Below are positions 41,501 to 54,400 of a stretch of 64,000 bases of DNA, one piece after another. Position numbers and translations under genes: made by a program. This stretch comes from an uncultured Acidobacteriota bacterium. Lineage in GTDB: Bacteria; Acidobacteriota; Blastocatellia; RBC074. The notes beneath the pieces are model-generated. The model was not told where the DNA came from. It saw nothing but the letters and a program-made list of their open reading frames with translations, and ran no database searches. The stretch is from assembly GCA_963796275.1 (NCBI GenBank), contig CAWCKY010000006.1, positions 2,016,001 to 2,080,000 of the forward strand, in the 5' to 3' direction. Position 1 is the first letter of the stretch, and each line of letters begins with the position of its first letter.

Positions 41501-41933
41501 TTTGCAGAGCGGTTTTCCCGCGGCGATCACCGACACCGAAGACACGACTGGCGTTGGCAGGGCTTCTCGCCCCGATATGGTTGCGGGGCAAAGCGGCAAC
41601 CTGTCAAAGAGCGAACGTACGTGGCAACAATGGTTCAACACTTCTGCCTTTGTGCGGGCGCCATACGGTCGTTTCGGCAATTCACCGCGCACAGGTGCGA
41701 TCAGGTTGCCTGGCTTCGTCAACACCGATTTTTCGGTCAACAAACGCTTCAGGATCGGCGAGTCGCGTTCGTTCGAATTCCGCGCCGAGATTTTCAACCT
41801 CTTCAACCATTTCAACCCCGACCCGCAAACGGTCGATCTCAATCTAAATTCGCTTACATTCGGCAGCGTCGGTGGTGGCGTGCGGGGTGTAACGACTCGC
41901 ATCATCCAGTTGGGCGCAAAATTCTATTTCTGA
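38511..41933 (+). CDS. TonB-dependent receptor (Oar-type); start uncertain
   Basis: LPLNGRNF, PSIDSLAEFKVET, GGPVKLPRFGEGGP, RIIQLGAKFYF. Confidence 0.94.
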   Translation: MAMKRDDRQMHLTSAQHLSFPLSLRSISTVTGSLTRLAMAAICIGIILLVGHWTGYAQQTSATLVGTLTDANGAVVTNAQIKVTNLATGSVREAVSDGNGNYSFSFLPAGDYELTLTATGYKTKKIERLTLQVSQTLRQDFSMEIGAVSETVNITAAGVQLQTENSTVGTVIDSEKIVELPLNGRNFVQLAQLIPGVQSGTPGSITARRGRGSIGQSDAAFASTAMSANGSRDTANRFFIDGIEAMDHDAETFSFSPSIDSLAEFKVETSTYSAESGGAPGGQVNIVTKRGGNRYHGTLWEFNRNDALTQSYDAIAEKSVDPPRLNRNQFGANLGGPVKLPRFGEGGPVFYDGKDKTFFFFNWERGRLAQGAVPSLRRVPTEAMRNGDFRNLVGNDSKPITLLDPLGVGIVDNIIPRSALSPQIQTFLQFVPLPNTSAGALNFLNTPQSAVSRQDNYTARVDHSFSPKDVISGRYIFNDTYEAGIPYWGHDERNNLGRSQNVSSSWTHTFGAALVNELRGGWHKFSEFEIFGTTDDPDFDVAGMMGLPGIAREPVHYGPPSISISGDDGVWNVYDLQRQIGPRDRSNQIYQFVDTLSWQRGKHFLKLGADIELRNITFDQSRDPRGSIGFDDTYTGSALADFMLGYVKTSRLNPVFTHTDLWNWWYSSFVNDDFKIKPNLTINMGLRYDYFQRPMQSDDLYANIEVNGLIPAATTFPNTSRFGRSLIERDANNFGPRIGFAWSPGFVNDAVVRGGYGIYYTPEIYNAYFAMAEGAQATGGASLTGNPSGAPNIFMTNPYGTSIAGALSFTVANDQNMRDSYIQQWNLNIQKKLPGSIVFDVGYVGSKGTGLIVTLPGNQPIQLIDPRPTGLPPLDSRRPNTAYPRQMSIDKSIGNSIYHALQVKAERRMVTGLTFLTAYTWSKAITGPADIGGQVGGGFFIGGVQDIYNLAAERSISGFDLTHRFVQTVIYDVPFFRNTNGAARFLLDGWQASTIITLQSGFPAAITDTEDTTGVGRASRPDMVAGQSGNLSKSERTWQQWFNTSAFVRAPYGRFGNSPRTGAIRLPGFVNTDFSVNKRFRIGESRSFEFRAEIFNLFNHFNPDPQTVDLNLNSLTFGSVGGGVRGVTTRIIQLGAKFYF

Positions 41934-42197
41934 GGCATGTGACGTGCAATATCGCGCCAGGCGTTTCTCTATCCAGCCATCGCGATCAAGACAAACTATA
42001 TTTATTAGTGCCGTCCAAAAGCCGATTCAATGTACTGTTGCCGGTTTCACTAAGAGACTGTGAGAAATGTCACTTCGCCGTCAAATTGCCATATTTCCGT
42101 GACACATACTCTCCTTGATTAGCACCTCAAATCGGGAGGGAGAAGGAGCAGAGAGAGAAGGTTACTGGCTACAAATAAATTGAAAAGGATGATTACA

Positions 42198-42602
42198 ATG
42201 TTCCAGAGCTTCAATAATACCGGTCGCAAGCAACAAGCAAACACGAATCCTGTGGTCAATGAACTATCGGTTAAACTGAGAATGCCTGCCTGCTATCGAG
42301 GCAAGGCTGTCCCGACAAGCATTGTTGTGATGGAGCTTTTGTGGCAACAGTATGGCCTGGATTTGATCCACCCTGAGGTTAGCCGATGGCTGGAGAAGAA
42401 TGCGCCCGATGTCAAAAATATGGCAGCCAGGAACCAGTTCGCGCGTCTCGGTACGGAGGTCAACGCCGGACCAACAGGGATTATCGAGATGCACCTCCCA
42501 TTGAAGCTCGATGACAGATTGAGAGAGGTCTCATCCCAGTACATTTTGAGTCAGGTTCAGCACTCAATGGATCCAGAGACGGACCTCCAGTTGGCCGCAT
42601 AG
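42198..42602 (+). CDS. Hypothetical protein (~134 aa) ending in LAA
   Basis: Open frame filling an intergenic gap; AAGGA upstream of ATG 42198; no family recognised. Confidence 0.55.
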   Translation: MFQSFNNTGRKQQANTNPVVNELSVKLRMPACYRGKAVPTSIVVMELLWQQYGLDLIHPEVSRWLEKNAPDVKNMAARNQFARLGTEVNAGPTGIIEMHLPLKLDDRLREVSSQYILSQVQHSMDPETDLQLAA

Positions 42603-42685
42603 ACCCGCAACTCTTTATATCTTTGGTATTCGGTATTCAACTCAAGTGTTCTTCCGTCTATTTGTTATCGAACAGTAGAGTTGGT

Positions 42686-43036
42686 TTAGCACGTAACGTG
42701 CAGGATGGCATTTGTATCTTCAGGGTCATCTTCCAGGGCTTCGATTGCTTCTGCCGTCGGCAAGACCAGCAGTTTGATCCTGCGCCGCAGCGCCTCGCGC
42801 TCCACCTCATCCATCACCGGCAACCCGCCATATGACCCGGTCCCGACTACCAGTCGGCGACATTTCCACGGAATCTTCTCTTCAACGGATAGCGGTGTGT
42901 GACCGAACTCATCTCGGAATTTTTTAGAGGCTTTTTTCTGGCGCTTACCCACCTCCCCACGATCAATTATTACATCGTGTTCATAAGTAGTACCGTCAAT
43001 TCGTATTGCTCCGAATGAGAATTTTTCGAACTTCAT
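42686..43036 (-). CDS. Mth938-like (DUF498/NDUFAF3-type) protein
   Basis: FSFGAIRIDG.YEHDVII, LVVGTGSYG, PTAEAI, C-terminal LHVTC. Confidence 0.85.
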   Translation of the reverse strand: MKFEKFSFGAIRIDGTTYEHDVIIDRGEVGKRQKKASKKFRDEFGHTPLSVEEKIPWKCRRLVVGTGSYGGLPVMDEVEREALRRRIKLLVLPTAEAIEALEDDPEDTNAILHVTC

Positions 43037-43042
43037 ATGCAC

Positions 43043-43076
43043 CCCCAGTTGATATGTAGCCCCAGTCGATATGTAG
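43043..43076. repeat. 17-bp tandem repeat CCCCAGT(T/C)GATATGTAG x2
   Basis: One mismatch between copies; lies immediately upstream of the Mth938-like gene. Confidence 0.8.
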
Positions 43077-43174
43077 AATGATACGTCCCGAGATTCTTGA
43101 TCTTCAAGGGAGCATACGTTTCATAGTTTTTAAGCTAGTCCGTTCTAACGGTTGTGGGATAGAAACAAAAAATG

Positions 43175-43236
43175 CAAAAAGGGCAAAAGTGGAAATTTCC
43201 AAGCCTATCGGCTTTTTTCCTCTATTGCCCTTTTTG
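43175..43236. repeat. Inverted repeat caaaaagggcaa/ttgccctttttg (terminator-like or short-repeat element)
   Basis: Perfect 12-bp arms, downstream of the SGNH gene. Confidence 0.6.
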
Positions 43237-43276
43237 TCTTTTATAAATAAATTATTAGTGAGCTTCCTCACGCCAC

Positions 43277-44542
43277 TTATTTCAATTCTCGGCGCAATAC
43301 TTGATAAGCAGCCTGGGCCATCGCTTCGTAACCCGCATCGCTCGGGTGCAGATTATCGCCGCTATTGAATGCCGGAAGAAAGAAGGCCGGGTTGCTCGGA
43401 TCGAGAGTGGCGGCATCGAAATCTATCACCGCATCGTATTCTCCGCTGGTTCGCATCCAATTATTGATCGCCTGGCGATTCGCCTCGCGAGTTCCGGCTG
43501 ATCCAGCCGGGGTGAGAGTGCCGCCATAAATCCTAAGACCCTGCGCGTGTGCCCGAAGAATGAGCTGCCGGTGTCCGGCGATCACCCGGTCAGCGACCAA
43601 CTCGGTATTCGATGAATCGTTGATCCCGATGAGCACGACGACATGTGTAGCTCCGGGCTGGGAGAGCACATCGCGGTCAAACCGTGATTGGACGTTCGGC
43701 CCGCCGGTTATACTGTCATTGAGCACGCGATTACCGGAGATGCCCTGGTTGAGCACGGCCATTCTGAGTCTTCCATGAGAGGCGGAGAGAAGCCGCGCCA
43801 GATGATTGGGGTAGCGATTGTTGGTGTCGGGCGTTGATGCCGTTCCGTCAGTGATTGAATCGCCGAAGCATACCACGACACCGGTTTCCTCGTGCGCGCG
43901 AACTTCCACGCTTTTCAAGAAAAAATAGTTCCTTGATGTGGCTCCGGCAGGCAACAGCGGCTCTCCTACGTAATTACCGGCGGGCGAGATGTATGTCGTC
44001 CTGAGACCGACGCGGTGCCAGGTAACCGGACCTGTGCTTTCGGGCATATAAATGTCGACCGCCAGTTCGCTCGTCGCCGGAACCTGCAATTGCACGGGAT
44101 CGCTCACAACCTGTGCATTCGGGACGATCGTGACGGATGATTGTCCACCGAATGTCAGGGTGCGTCCGCTCCCCGATCTGATAGAGCCGTTCTGATCGGC
44201 GATCGCCACCTGTGCCGCGCCGATGTTCAGCGGTTGAGCGCTGAATTCATTGGTAAACCGTACCCTCACGGTATCCCCGCCAAGGCTGGTAAAAATGATC
44301 TGCCGCAATGTCTGATTGGTGAATCCGGTTGTCGGTAATGTTGTTGTATCTGGTGCCTGTGGGCTCGCAGCCCATGTTCCGATCCAAGACCGGTTACGAT
44401 GCGGATGTCCGTGACTGCCATTTCTGGCGCTCAGGGCCGAAGGCGTGATAACGGCGAACGCCGCTGCGGCAAGGACGATTGCAACCGCGATGCCTCGGAA
44501 ACTGCGCAAAGAAATTGACTGCGATCTTTTCACAAACGACAT
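43277..44542 (-). CDS. Secreted SGNH/GDSL hydrolase (carbohydrate esterase-like)
   Basis: AGGAGG RBS; WIGTWAASP, TLRQI, FGDSITDG, NQGISGNR, GIND and DNLHP motifs. Confidence 0.92.
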   Translation of the reverse strand: MSFVKRSQSISLRSFRGIAVAIVLAAAAFAVITPSALSARNGSHGHPHRNRSWIGTWAASPQAPDTTTLPTTGFTNQTLRQIIFTSLGGDTVRVRFTNEFSAQPLNIGAAQVAIADQNGSIRSGSGRTLTFGGQSSVTIVPNAQVVSDPVQLQVPATSELAVDIYMPESTGPVTWHRVGLRTTYISPAGNYVGEPLLPAGATSRNYFFLKSVEVRAHEETGVVVCFGDSITDGTASTPDTNNRYPNHLARLLSASHGRLRMAVLNQGISGNRVLNDSITGGPNVQSRFDRDVLSQPGATHVVVLIGINDSSNTELVADRVIAGHRQLILRAHAQGLRIYGGTLTPAGSAGTREANRQAINNWMRTSGEYDAVIDFDAATLDPSNPAFFLPAFNSGDNLHPSDAGYEAMAQAAYQVLRRELK

Positions 44543-45220
44543 ATCAGGTCCTCCTAAGATTGGATCTCCGGATTTCTGAGATCGATTTGTTGTGATAACT
44601 GGGACCGGCCAACTGACAGTACCGATCACTGTAAATTTTGTTTAGTAAGGTGTGCCTCGGTAAGCGAAGATTCCGGGATTGACTGAGCCGGCTATTGGTT
44701 CGTAACCGACGTCAACGGAATGGAGTTCGTAATCGCTCTTGCAGATGGGGAGGAGGCTGGCAGTTTGGTTCGCGCTACGGAAATGCTCGATGTCCTTGAT
44801 ACGCGTGAGGTTGTGAAGTCGTTGACCGGCTTGTATCATCTCCGCGATGATTAGGAGCAGGGGAAGGGAAGCGAATTGTAAATCGGGATATTGGATTGCT
44901 GAGAGGAGCCGCCATTGCCCGGATACAGCGGCGGATGAACGATTATTGAGCAGATGACAACTCGATGCGGTAAACATATAGACTCCTTTGTCAGAGCGGT
45001 TTTAGTTAACCCACATTGGAATTGCGACCGTTCGTTAACCGTAGATGACCGATGATTTGTCATCTATGGTAGGGAGATGTTCACCGGTTACCCTGCATTC
45101 ATGCACCCACCAGCCTGCCGGATTGTATGTTTTTTTCTGAATGCCAGCTTCGACCAGAATCGTTCAGGTTTGAACCGATTGTCAAGAGTTATTCAAGAGT
45201 TATTGTGAAACCCTTTGATT

Positions 45221-45380
45221 GGAGTTTCACCTTCAGGCGGCCAGAAATCACGTGCGGAAGGGAAGACCGCGTAAACGCGGAACTCCAAGCGAATTCTCAA
45301 ACGCGATGTTCGGAGTTCCGCCTTCAGGCGGTCAGAAATCACGTGCGAAAAGAAGACCGCGTAAACGCGGAATTCCAAGC
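45221..45380. repeat. Tandem pair of ~70-bp REP-like units (period ~91 bp)
   Basis: ggagtt..ccttcaggcgg.cagaaatcacgtgcg..gaagaccgcgtaaacgcggaa.tccaagc at 45221-45290 and 45312-45380. Confidence 0.85.
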
Positions 45381-45579
45381 CATACGGCATGACTCTCATT
45401 AGTGATGCTTTACGGAGATATTATCTCAGGCTCATTAAGAATGAGTTGAATTCCAATCTCTAAGGGTAAATTAAAAAGTGTGGGTTTATTTTCTTTCTCT
45501 ATATCATTTTCATCAGATTGGCTAGAATTCTGAAAATTGCAGAATCAGGCAGACAGGCAATCGGAACAGGAAGAGAGAG

Positions 45580-45654
45580 ACGGGACAAACGAAATAAGCG
45601 AAACGAACAGAAAGGCCCCTTTCTAGACTGTTTCGTTTATTTCGCCTGTTTCGT
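45580..45654. repeat. Short-unit inverted repeat (ACGAAA/TTTCGT type)
   Basis: acgggacaaacgaaataagcgaaac ... gtttcgtttatttcgcctgtttcgt. Confidence 0.6.
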
Positions 45655-45754
45655 TCCTCACATCCGAGCGACAAGAAACAGCCCATGATTAAAAGGTGGG
45701 GCTGCACAGATCCAGGAAGCTCATAAAAGATAAAGCATAAGAGGAACGAAACAC

Positions 45755-46772
45755 ATGAAAATAGATGTCTTCAATCACATCTTCCCCAGACGTTTCTATG
45801 AGAGGCTCTACGAAGTCTCGAGCGATTACAGAGATATGGGAAAGCGATCGCTCAATGTCCCGGCCCTCTTTGATCTCGATATTCGTTTCAAGATGATGGA
45901 CCAGTTCGGCGATTACCGCCAAATCATCTCGGTCGCGTCTCCGCCTATTGAAGTGATGGTGGAGCCGGAGCTGACCCTCGAGTTTTCGCAGTTAGCGAAT
46001 GACGGTATGGCCGAGTTGGTTTCCCGTCACCCTGATCGGTTCGCTGCCTTCGCGGCAGCGCTTCCGATGGACAAGCCGGAAGAAGCCGCGCTCGAATTGC
46101 GTCGCGCGGTGAAAGAGCTGGGGGCGAAGGCTGTGCAGATTTACTCTAACGCCGCAGGCAAACCGCTCGATGGTCCGGAGTACGAGCCGATCTTCGCGAC
46201 GATGGCCGAACATGATCTTCCGATCCTGCTGCACCCAGCCCGCGGCCCGCGTTTCGCGGATTATCCGGGCGAGGCGAAATCGAAGTATGAAATCTGGTGG
46301 ACGTTCGGCTGGCCCTACGAGACGAGCGTCGCTATGGCTCGGCTCGTCTTTACCGGGATATTCGACAGGTATCCAGATCTGAAGGTCATCACACATCACA
46401 TGGGAGCGATGATTCCATATTTTGAGGGGAGAGTCGGTCACGGATGGGACCAGCTGGGGAAGAGGACTTCGGACGAAGATTACGTGGGCCTGCGCAGTAT
46501 CTATGAAAAAACGGCCCATCGATTATTTCAAGATGTTCTATGCCGATACCGCACTGTTCGGATCGTACTCAGGCACGAGATGCGGTCTGGATTTCTTCGG
46601 AGTCGATCACGTTCTATTCGCATCGGATTCACCCTTCGACCCTGAAGGCGGCACGCTCTACACGCGGGAGACCATCGAAGTGATCGACGGGCTCGACATC
46701 ACCGATGATGAGCGGGATCGCATCTACCGCCGCAATGCCGAGCGGTTGTTCAAACTCACAACGGCATCATAA
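45755..46772 (+). CDS. Amidohydrolase_2 family protein (decarboxylase/hydratase type); single frameshift near 46490
   Basis: IDVFNHIFP, LLHP, HHMGAMIP in frame 1; FYADTA..VLFASDSPF..NAERLF continues in ORF 46422-46772. Confidence 0.85.
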
Positions 46773-46795
46773 CCGAATCGATCAGGAGGCGAGTC

Positions 46796-48370
<1,575 letters not shown>

Positions 48371-48440
48371 TAGTTTTCAGTTTTCAGTTTTTAGTTTTCA
48401 GTTGATGACCGCCCAACTGAAAACTGAAAACTGAAAACTA
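48371..48440. repeat. Heptamer inverted-repeat array (GTTTTCA)x4 / (TGAAAAC)x3
   Basis: tagttttcagttttcagtttttagttttcagttg ... caactgaaaactgaaaactgaaaacta. Confidence 0.85.
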
Positions 48441-48452
48441 TTTCCTGAGGAG

Positions 48453-49310
<858 letters not shown>

Positions 49311-49576
49311 TGGCGTATGGCCTCGAGCCAATCTCGATGCCGGTCTAGCCGTGCGATGTTGTCACCCCAGGCTATCAGACCGCTGAAAGCTGTTTGGACA
49401 CAGCGCGGCCATTTCACCCCGCTCTCAGTCGAACCGATCGTGCGTTAACACTATCGTGAAGCCCGATTGGTTGGACGGTTAATCGGTCGGTTGCGCTCGC
49501 CCTTTAAAACAGGGGCGGGCGCATATTCTATCTATTCTGCTCGCCCTCCGCTGCGATCAGATATATTATTTCGCCC

Positions 49577-50902
49577 ATGATTACCACCATGAAGCAATTC
49601 GCGTTTCTCGTGATGTTTCTCGGACTTTCCTGGATGAGTTCTGTCTCGTCCCAGCAAAAGTATGATCTCCTCTTAAAAGGCGGCCACGTAATCGACCCCA
49701 AGAATAAGTTGAGCGCCGTTCGCGATGTCGCCATCGCCGATGGAAAGGTGGTCGCCGTAGCGGCAAAAATCGATCCAACCGAGGCGTTCAAGGTGGTGGA
49801 TGTAACCGGATATTACGTGACGCCCGGGCTCATCGACATTCATGTTCACGTTTACGCGGGGACGGGCGAGCGCGGCTCGTATGCCGGTGATAACAGCGTC
49901 TATCCCGACGGCTTCACTTTTCGCTCCGGAGTAACGACGGTCGCCGACGCCGGGTGCGCGGGGTGGAGAAATTTCGAGGATTTCAAACAGCGGATCATCG
50001 ATCGATCGAAGACCCGTGTCCTGGCCTTCATCAACATCGTCGGTCATGGCATGCGGGGAGGGAAGTTCGAACAGGACCTGTCGGACATGGAGCCGAAACC
50101 TACGGCGGACATGGCGCTTCGCTACAAGAATCTGATAATCGGCGTAAAGACTGCCCACTACGCCGGCCCGGAATGGGCGCCGGTCGAAAGAGCGGTCGCC
50201 GCCGGGACGGCCGCGAATATCCCGGTCATGGTGGATTTCGGGATAAATCACAGCGAGCGGCCGTTGAATGAACTCGTGACGCGCAAGCTCCGGCCGGGCG
50301 ACATCTACACTCACCTTTATTCCGGGCTCCGCAATGAGCAGCTCGAATCGGGCCAAGTGAACCCCGGGCTCTGGGAAGGCCGAAAGCGGGGGGTGATATT
50401 CGATGTCGGTCATGGCGGAGGCAGCTTCTTGTGGCGAATTGCAGTACCGTCGATGAAAGCGGGCTTTTACCCCGATTCCATTTCTACCGATCTGCATATA
50501 GGAAGCATGAACGCCGGGATGAAGGACATGATCAATGTGATGGACAAGTTTCTGGCGATGGGAATGTCTCTCGACGATGTGATTTTACGCTCTACGTGGA
50601 ATCCCGCCCGAGAGATCAAGCAGGAAGGACTGGGACACCTCTCACCCGGCGCAGTGGCTGATATCGCGGTTCTCAAGCTGGAGAAAGGTGATTTTGGTTT
50701 TGTCGATATGTACGGGGCTCGGTTGCGAGGGACGCAGAAGCTTACCTGCGAATTGACGCTGCGAGATGGGAAGGTGGTCTACGATCTGAATGGAATTACG
50801 CGGCCTGACTGGGACGGACTGCCGCGGGATTATAGGCAAACCGGTGACATCCGGTGGGACGGGGTTACGCCGGCGCGACCCGCCAGAAAAGGATCGAACT
50901 AA
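49577..50902 (+). CDS. Secreted amidohydrolase/deacetylase-family metallohydrolase (dihydroorotase-like)
   Basis: Signal peptide; LLKGGHVIDP, PGLIDIHVH, GVTTVADAG, FDVGHGGGSF, SISTDLH. Confidence 0.85.
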   Translation: MITTMKQFAFLVMFLGLSWMSSVSSQQKYDLLLKGGHVIDPKNKLSAVRDVAIADGKVVAVAAKIDPTEAFKVVDVTGYYVTPGLIDIHVHVYAGTGERGSYAGDNSVYPDGFTFRSGVTTVADAGCAGWRNFEDFKQRIIDRSKTRVLAFINIVGHGMRGGKFEQDLSDMEPKPTADMALRYKNLIIGVKTAHYAGPEWAPVERAVAAGTAANIPVMVDFGINHSERPLNELVTRKLRPGDIYTHLYSGLRNEQLESGQVNPGLWEGRKRGVIFDVGHGGGSFLWRIAVPSMKAGFYPDSISTDLHIGSMNAGMKDMINVMDKFLAMGMSLDDVILRSTWNPAREIKQEGLGHLSPGAVADIAVLKLEKGDFGFVDMYGARLRGTQKLTCELTLRDGKVVYDLNGITRPDWDGLPRDYRQTGDIRWDGVTPARPARKGSN

Positions 50903-51482
50903 TTCGGACAGCAGAAATCAAAAATGATCGGTTCGCTATCTCTTCCGCATCCGGCGCTGTAGATCGCGCGGTGATAGAAGATAGATCGAAGCCCATATCA
51001 GGTTGACAAGAATACAAAACGAGCATTAAATGATTCGGCCAATTAAGCACCAATTGCCCACACAAAAGGCACGTCGAACAATTTCCGAATGAAGCAGTTT
51101 CCCTGAGCCATGCGATAGCTGGGATGTACCTTCTGCAGCAGAACGGCGGTTACGTTTGCAGGTTTTGTCAACTCGCGTTAATTATCTGGTTCCAGCTCGA
51201 TGTTGTACTTCGTTTTCATGCGGGGCATCTCACACCCTTTCAATGTCGTAATCTAACTAGAAAACCAGATAAGTTGCCCCTCGCCTGACTACGACCCGAA
51301 CCTCAACGTATTTATGGCGGGCGTGCTTTAAACCCTCTTCGCTCGTTGTCCGTGAGCTGTAGGATCGGCTCGCCGGATTTCAGAACCGGTTTTCGCCCAC
51401 GTCCAGGCGTGGGATGCAAAACGTGGCGAAAACAATGACCTCGGACGACGAATCACGAGTAACGAACACTGGAGGTAATCCG

Positions 51483-54400
51483 ATGCGAAAACTTCTCTGC
51501 CTGTTAGGCGTGTTGGTGATCGTTTGCGCTGCTCCTATGTTGCTATGTGCACAGACGACCTATGCGACGATCACCGGAACGGTGACCGACGCGAACGGGG
51601 CTATTCTTCCCGGCGTGCGAATAAGCGCGCGCAACGTGGAGACCAATATCTCTTCAGAGACCGTCTCGAATGGAGAAGGCGTCTATACGATCACGCAACT
51701 GCGCGAGGGGACCTACGCTTTGAGCGCGCAAGCCAACGGATTCCGCGAGTTCATCGCCCAAGACGTTCTGCTGGTGGCGCGCGACGTCCGCCGCCTCGAA
51801 ATCAAATTGGCACCGGGAGAGATGAGGGATTCCGTTCAGGTTACAGCTGGTGCGGCCCTGATCGAGACCGAGACGCCGAGGCTCGGTGATACGCGCACTG
51901 CCGATCAACTCAAGACCCTACCTTTGAATACCCGCGGCGTCTGGGCCTACCTCTCGCTCACTCCGATGCTCGTGCAGCGCGGCGGCACGGTCTCGTTCTC
52001 CGGCAGCCGCTCCAATCAATCTCAGTGGAGCGTCGATGGGACGACCATGAGCGACGGCGTTGATGAGAATGCGATCGGGCCGCTGGCCAACTTCATCGAA
52101 TCATTCAAGGAAGTGAAGATCGATCTGGCCAATAACAGCTCGGAATTTGGGACCCTGGGTTTTGTTACGGTGATCTCCAAGTCTGGCGATAACGATTTCC
52201 ACGGCTCGGTCTTCGATTACTACTCCAGCCCCATTCTGCGCGCTCGCAATCCGTTTGCCACTCAGCGGGATGCCGGAGTCTTCCATACCATCGGATTTTC
52301 CGCGGGCGGCCCCATCTACTTGCCCAAGTTGTATAACGGCAAAGATCGGACATTCTGGTTCATCTCGGCGGAGACGATTACCGGCAGCCAGGCGACCGCC
52401 AACTTGAACCCTTCAGTGCCGCTGGAGGCGTGGCGCCGAGGCGATTTCTCCGCGCTCGGGATTCAGCTCCGCAACCCAATCACAAACGAGATCTACACGG
52501 ACGGCAAACTTCCTCCCGGTGTGATCAATCCTGTGTCGCAGAAGATTCAGGAGCGTTTCTATCCTCTGCCCAACTTCGGTGACGTCAATACCTTCACGGC
52601 CGGCAACTTTCGCCAGACTGTGCAGCGACCATTCGATAAACCGAACTATATGGTCGGTCGAGTCGACCAGAGATTGGGATCCAAGGACAACATTTACGCC
52701 CGGTACACGGTGAACCAACAGGTGGTCGGTTTATGGGAAGGCAATCTCCCCTCATTCGGACCGCGGCGCCAATTCCGCCGAAACAAGACGCTATCGGTAT
52801 CCTACGGGCACACTTTCAGCCCCACGCTGCTAAACGAAGTTCGCTTCGGTCACACCTTCAACAACAATCCTCTGGAAGGACCATTGAATGGGCTTGAAGT
52901 GATCAAAGACCTGGGCATCGAGGGGCTCGCGGAGGACCTGCCGAACGTCGGCGGGGTATTCCGCGTCGGCTTCGCGGGGATCGGCCTGACGGGTCTGTCT
53001 CAAATCAACTGGAACCGACCCGGCTTCCTCAACAAGATACGGCAACTGCAAGACCAGGTCAGTTATTTCCGCGGGAAACACAGCCTCAAAATGGGCGCGG
53101 AAGTCCGCAAAGTGCGCTGGGACGATGCAATCGCGGGCAATAGCCTGTTCGGCAATGTGACTTTCGCCAATACTTACAGCAGCGTGCCGGGCGTCCCCAA
53201 CAGCGGGCATCCTTATGCCGATTTCCTCCTCGGATTCCCCACCTCGGCATCACGCGAGTTTCCGCCGTTACTAATCGAGCGCAGTCGCTGGATGTATGAC
53301 TTCTTCTTCCAGGACGATTGGAAGATCACTCCGCGTTTGACGGTGAATCTCGGGCTGCGCTATGAGTATCATCCGGTCTGGCAGGAGGGCAATGGACGGC
53401 AGGCGATCTTCGACATCGAGAGCGGCAAAATTGCTGTCGCTGACGAGGGGTTCTCAAAGCTCTCGACACTGGTGCCTTCCGGCTATGTCGATATTGTCAA
53501 AGCCAGCAGTTTGGGCCTGCCGAGCTGGACCCTGGTCCGTCCTGACAAGAATAACTTCGCCCCGCGCATCGGGATCGCTTATCGGCTCTCCAATCACACG
53601 GTGGTGCGCTCCGGTTATGGCATCTACTATGACACGGTGCCGATCAACCCAAGCGCCGGCGGAGTCCCGTTCCGCATCAGCGAGCCCGGGTACTCCAACA
53701 CCACGCCGAAACCCACACTCTCTCTGCCGGATGCATTTCCGGACGCCGGCCCAGTCGGCCCATCCACGATCAATCTGCCGGCCGCGATAAATCCGAATTT
53801 GAAATTCCCCTACAGCCAGCAATGGAATTTGACCGTCGAGCACGAGCGTTGGAACACCGGCTTTCGCTTCTCTTATGTGGGCACCAATACCCGGCAGATG
53901 CGGTACAGCTTCAATATAAACGCGCCGGCGATCGATGATCGGTTGTACATCAACAAGCCCCGTCGCTTCCCTAAGTATCCGGGCATCTCTTATGTCGATA
54001 ACGGCGCCAACCATAATTACCATGCCATGAGTCTGGAGGCTGAGCGTAAGCTCGCCAAAGGACTCTTCTTTCAAACTTCCTACACCTGGTCGCGCGACGT
54101 GGGGGATGCCACTGATGGCAGTATCGAAAACCCGTTCGATCGCGGGCGCGAACGAGCAGTGGATCAGAGCATTCCGACGCACCGCTTCAACAATGCGGTC
54201 ATTTATGAACTGCCAATAGGATCTAGCAAGAGATGGCTCAGTCATGCGCCGCGGGCGCTCGATATGGCAATCGGCGGCTGGCAAATCTCCGCCATCACAT
54301 ATTTTCAATCCGGGATGTTCCTGACGCCCACGATCTCCATCCCGGATCCGACGGGAACGGCCCACACCGACAGCGCCAATCGGCCGCAGGTGACGATCCG

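Noticed and set aside
44642-44977. 111-aa minus-strand ORF upstream of the SGNH gene
   Set aside because: No properly spaced RBS and no recognisable motif.
45221-45380. Mini CRISPR array
   Set aside because: Only two units, the intervening sequence is duplicated too, and there are no cas genes.
46480-46510. Programmed frameshift in the amidohydrolase gene
   Set aside because: No convincing slippery site plus stimulator, and no precedent I know of in this family; more likely a sequencing indel.
50903-51482. Riboswitch in the leader of the fourth TonB receptor
   Set aside because: I could not recognise cobalamin, TPP or other conserved aptamer motifs; an Rfam scan would settle it.
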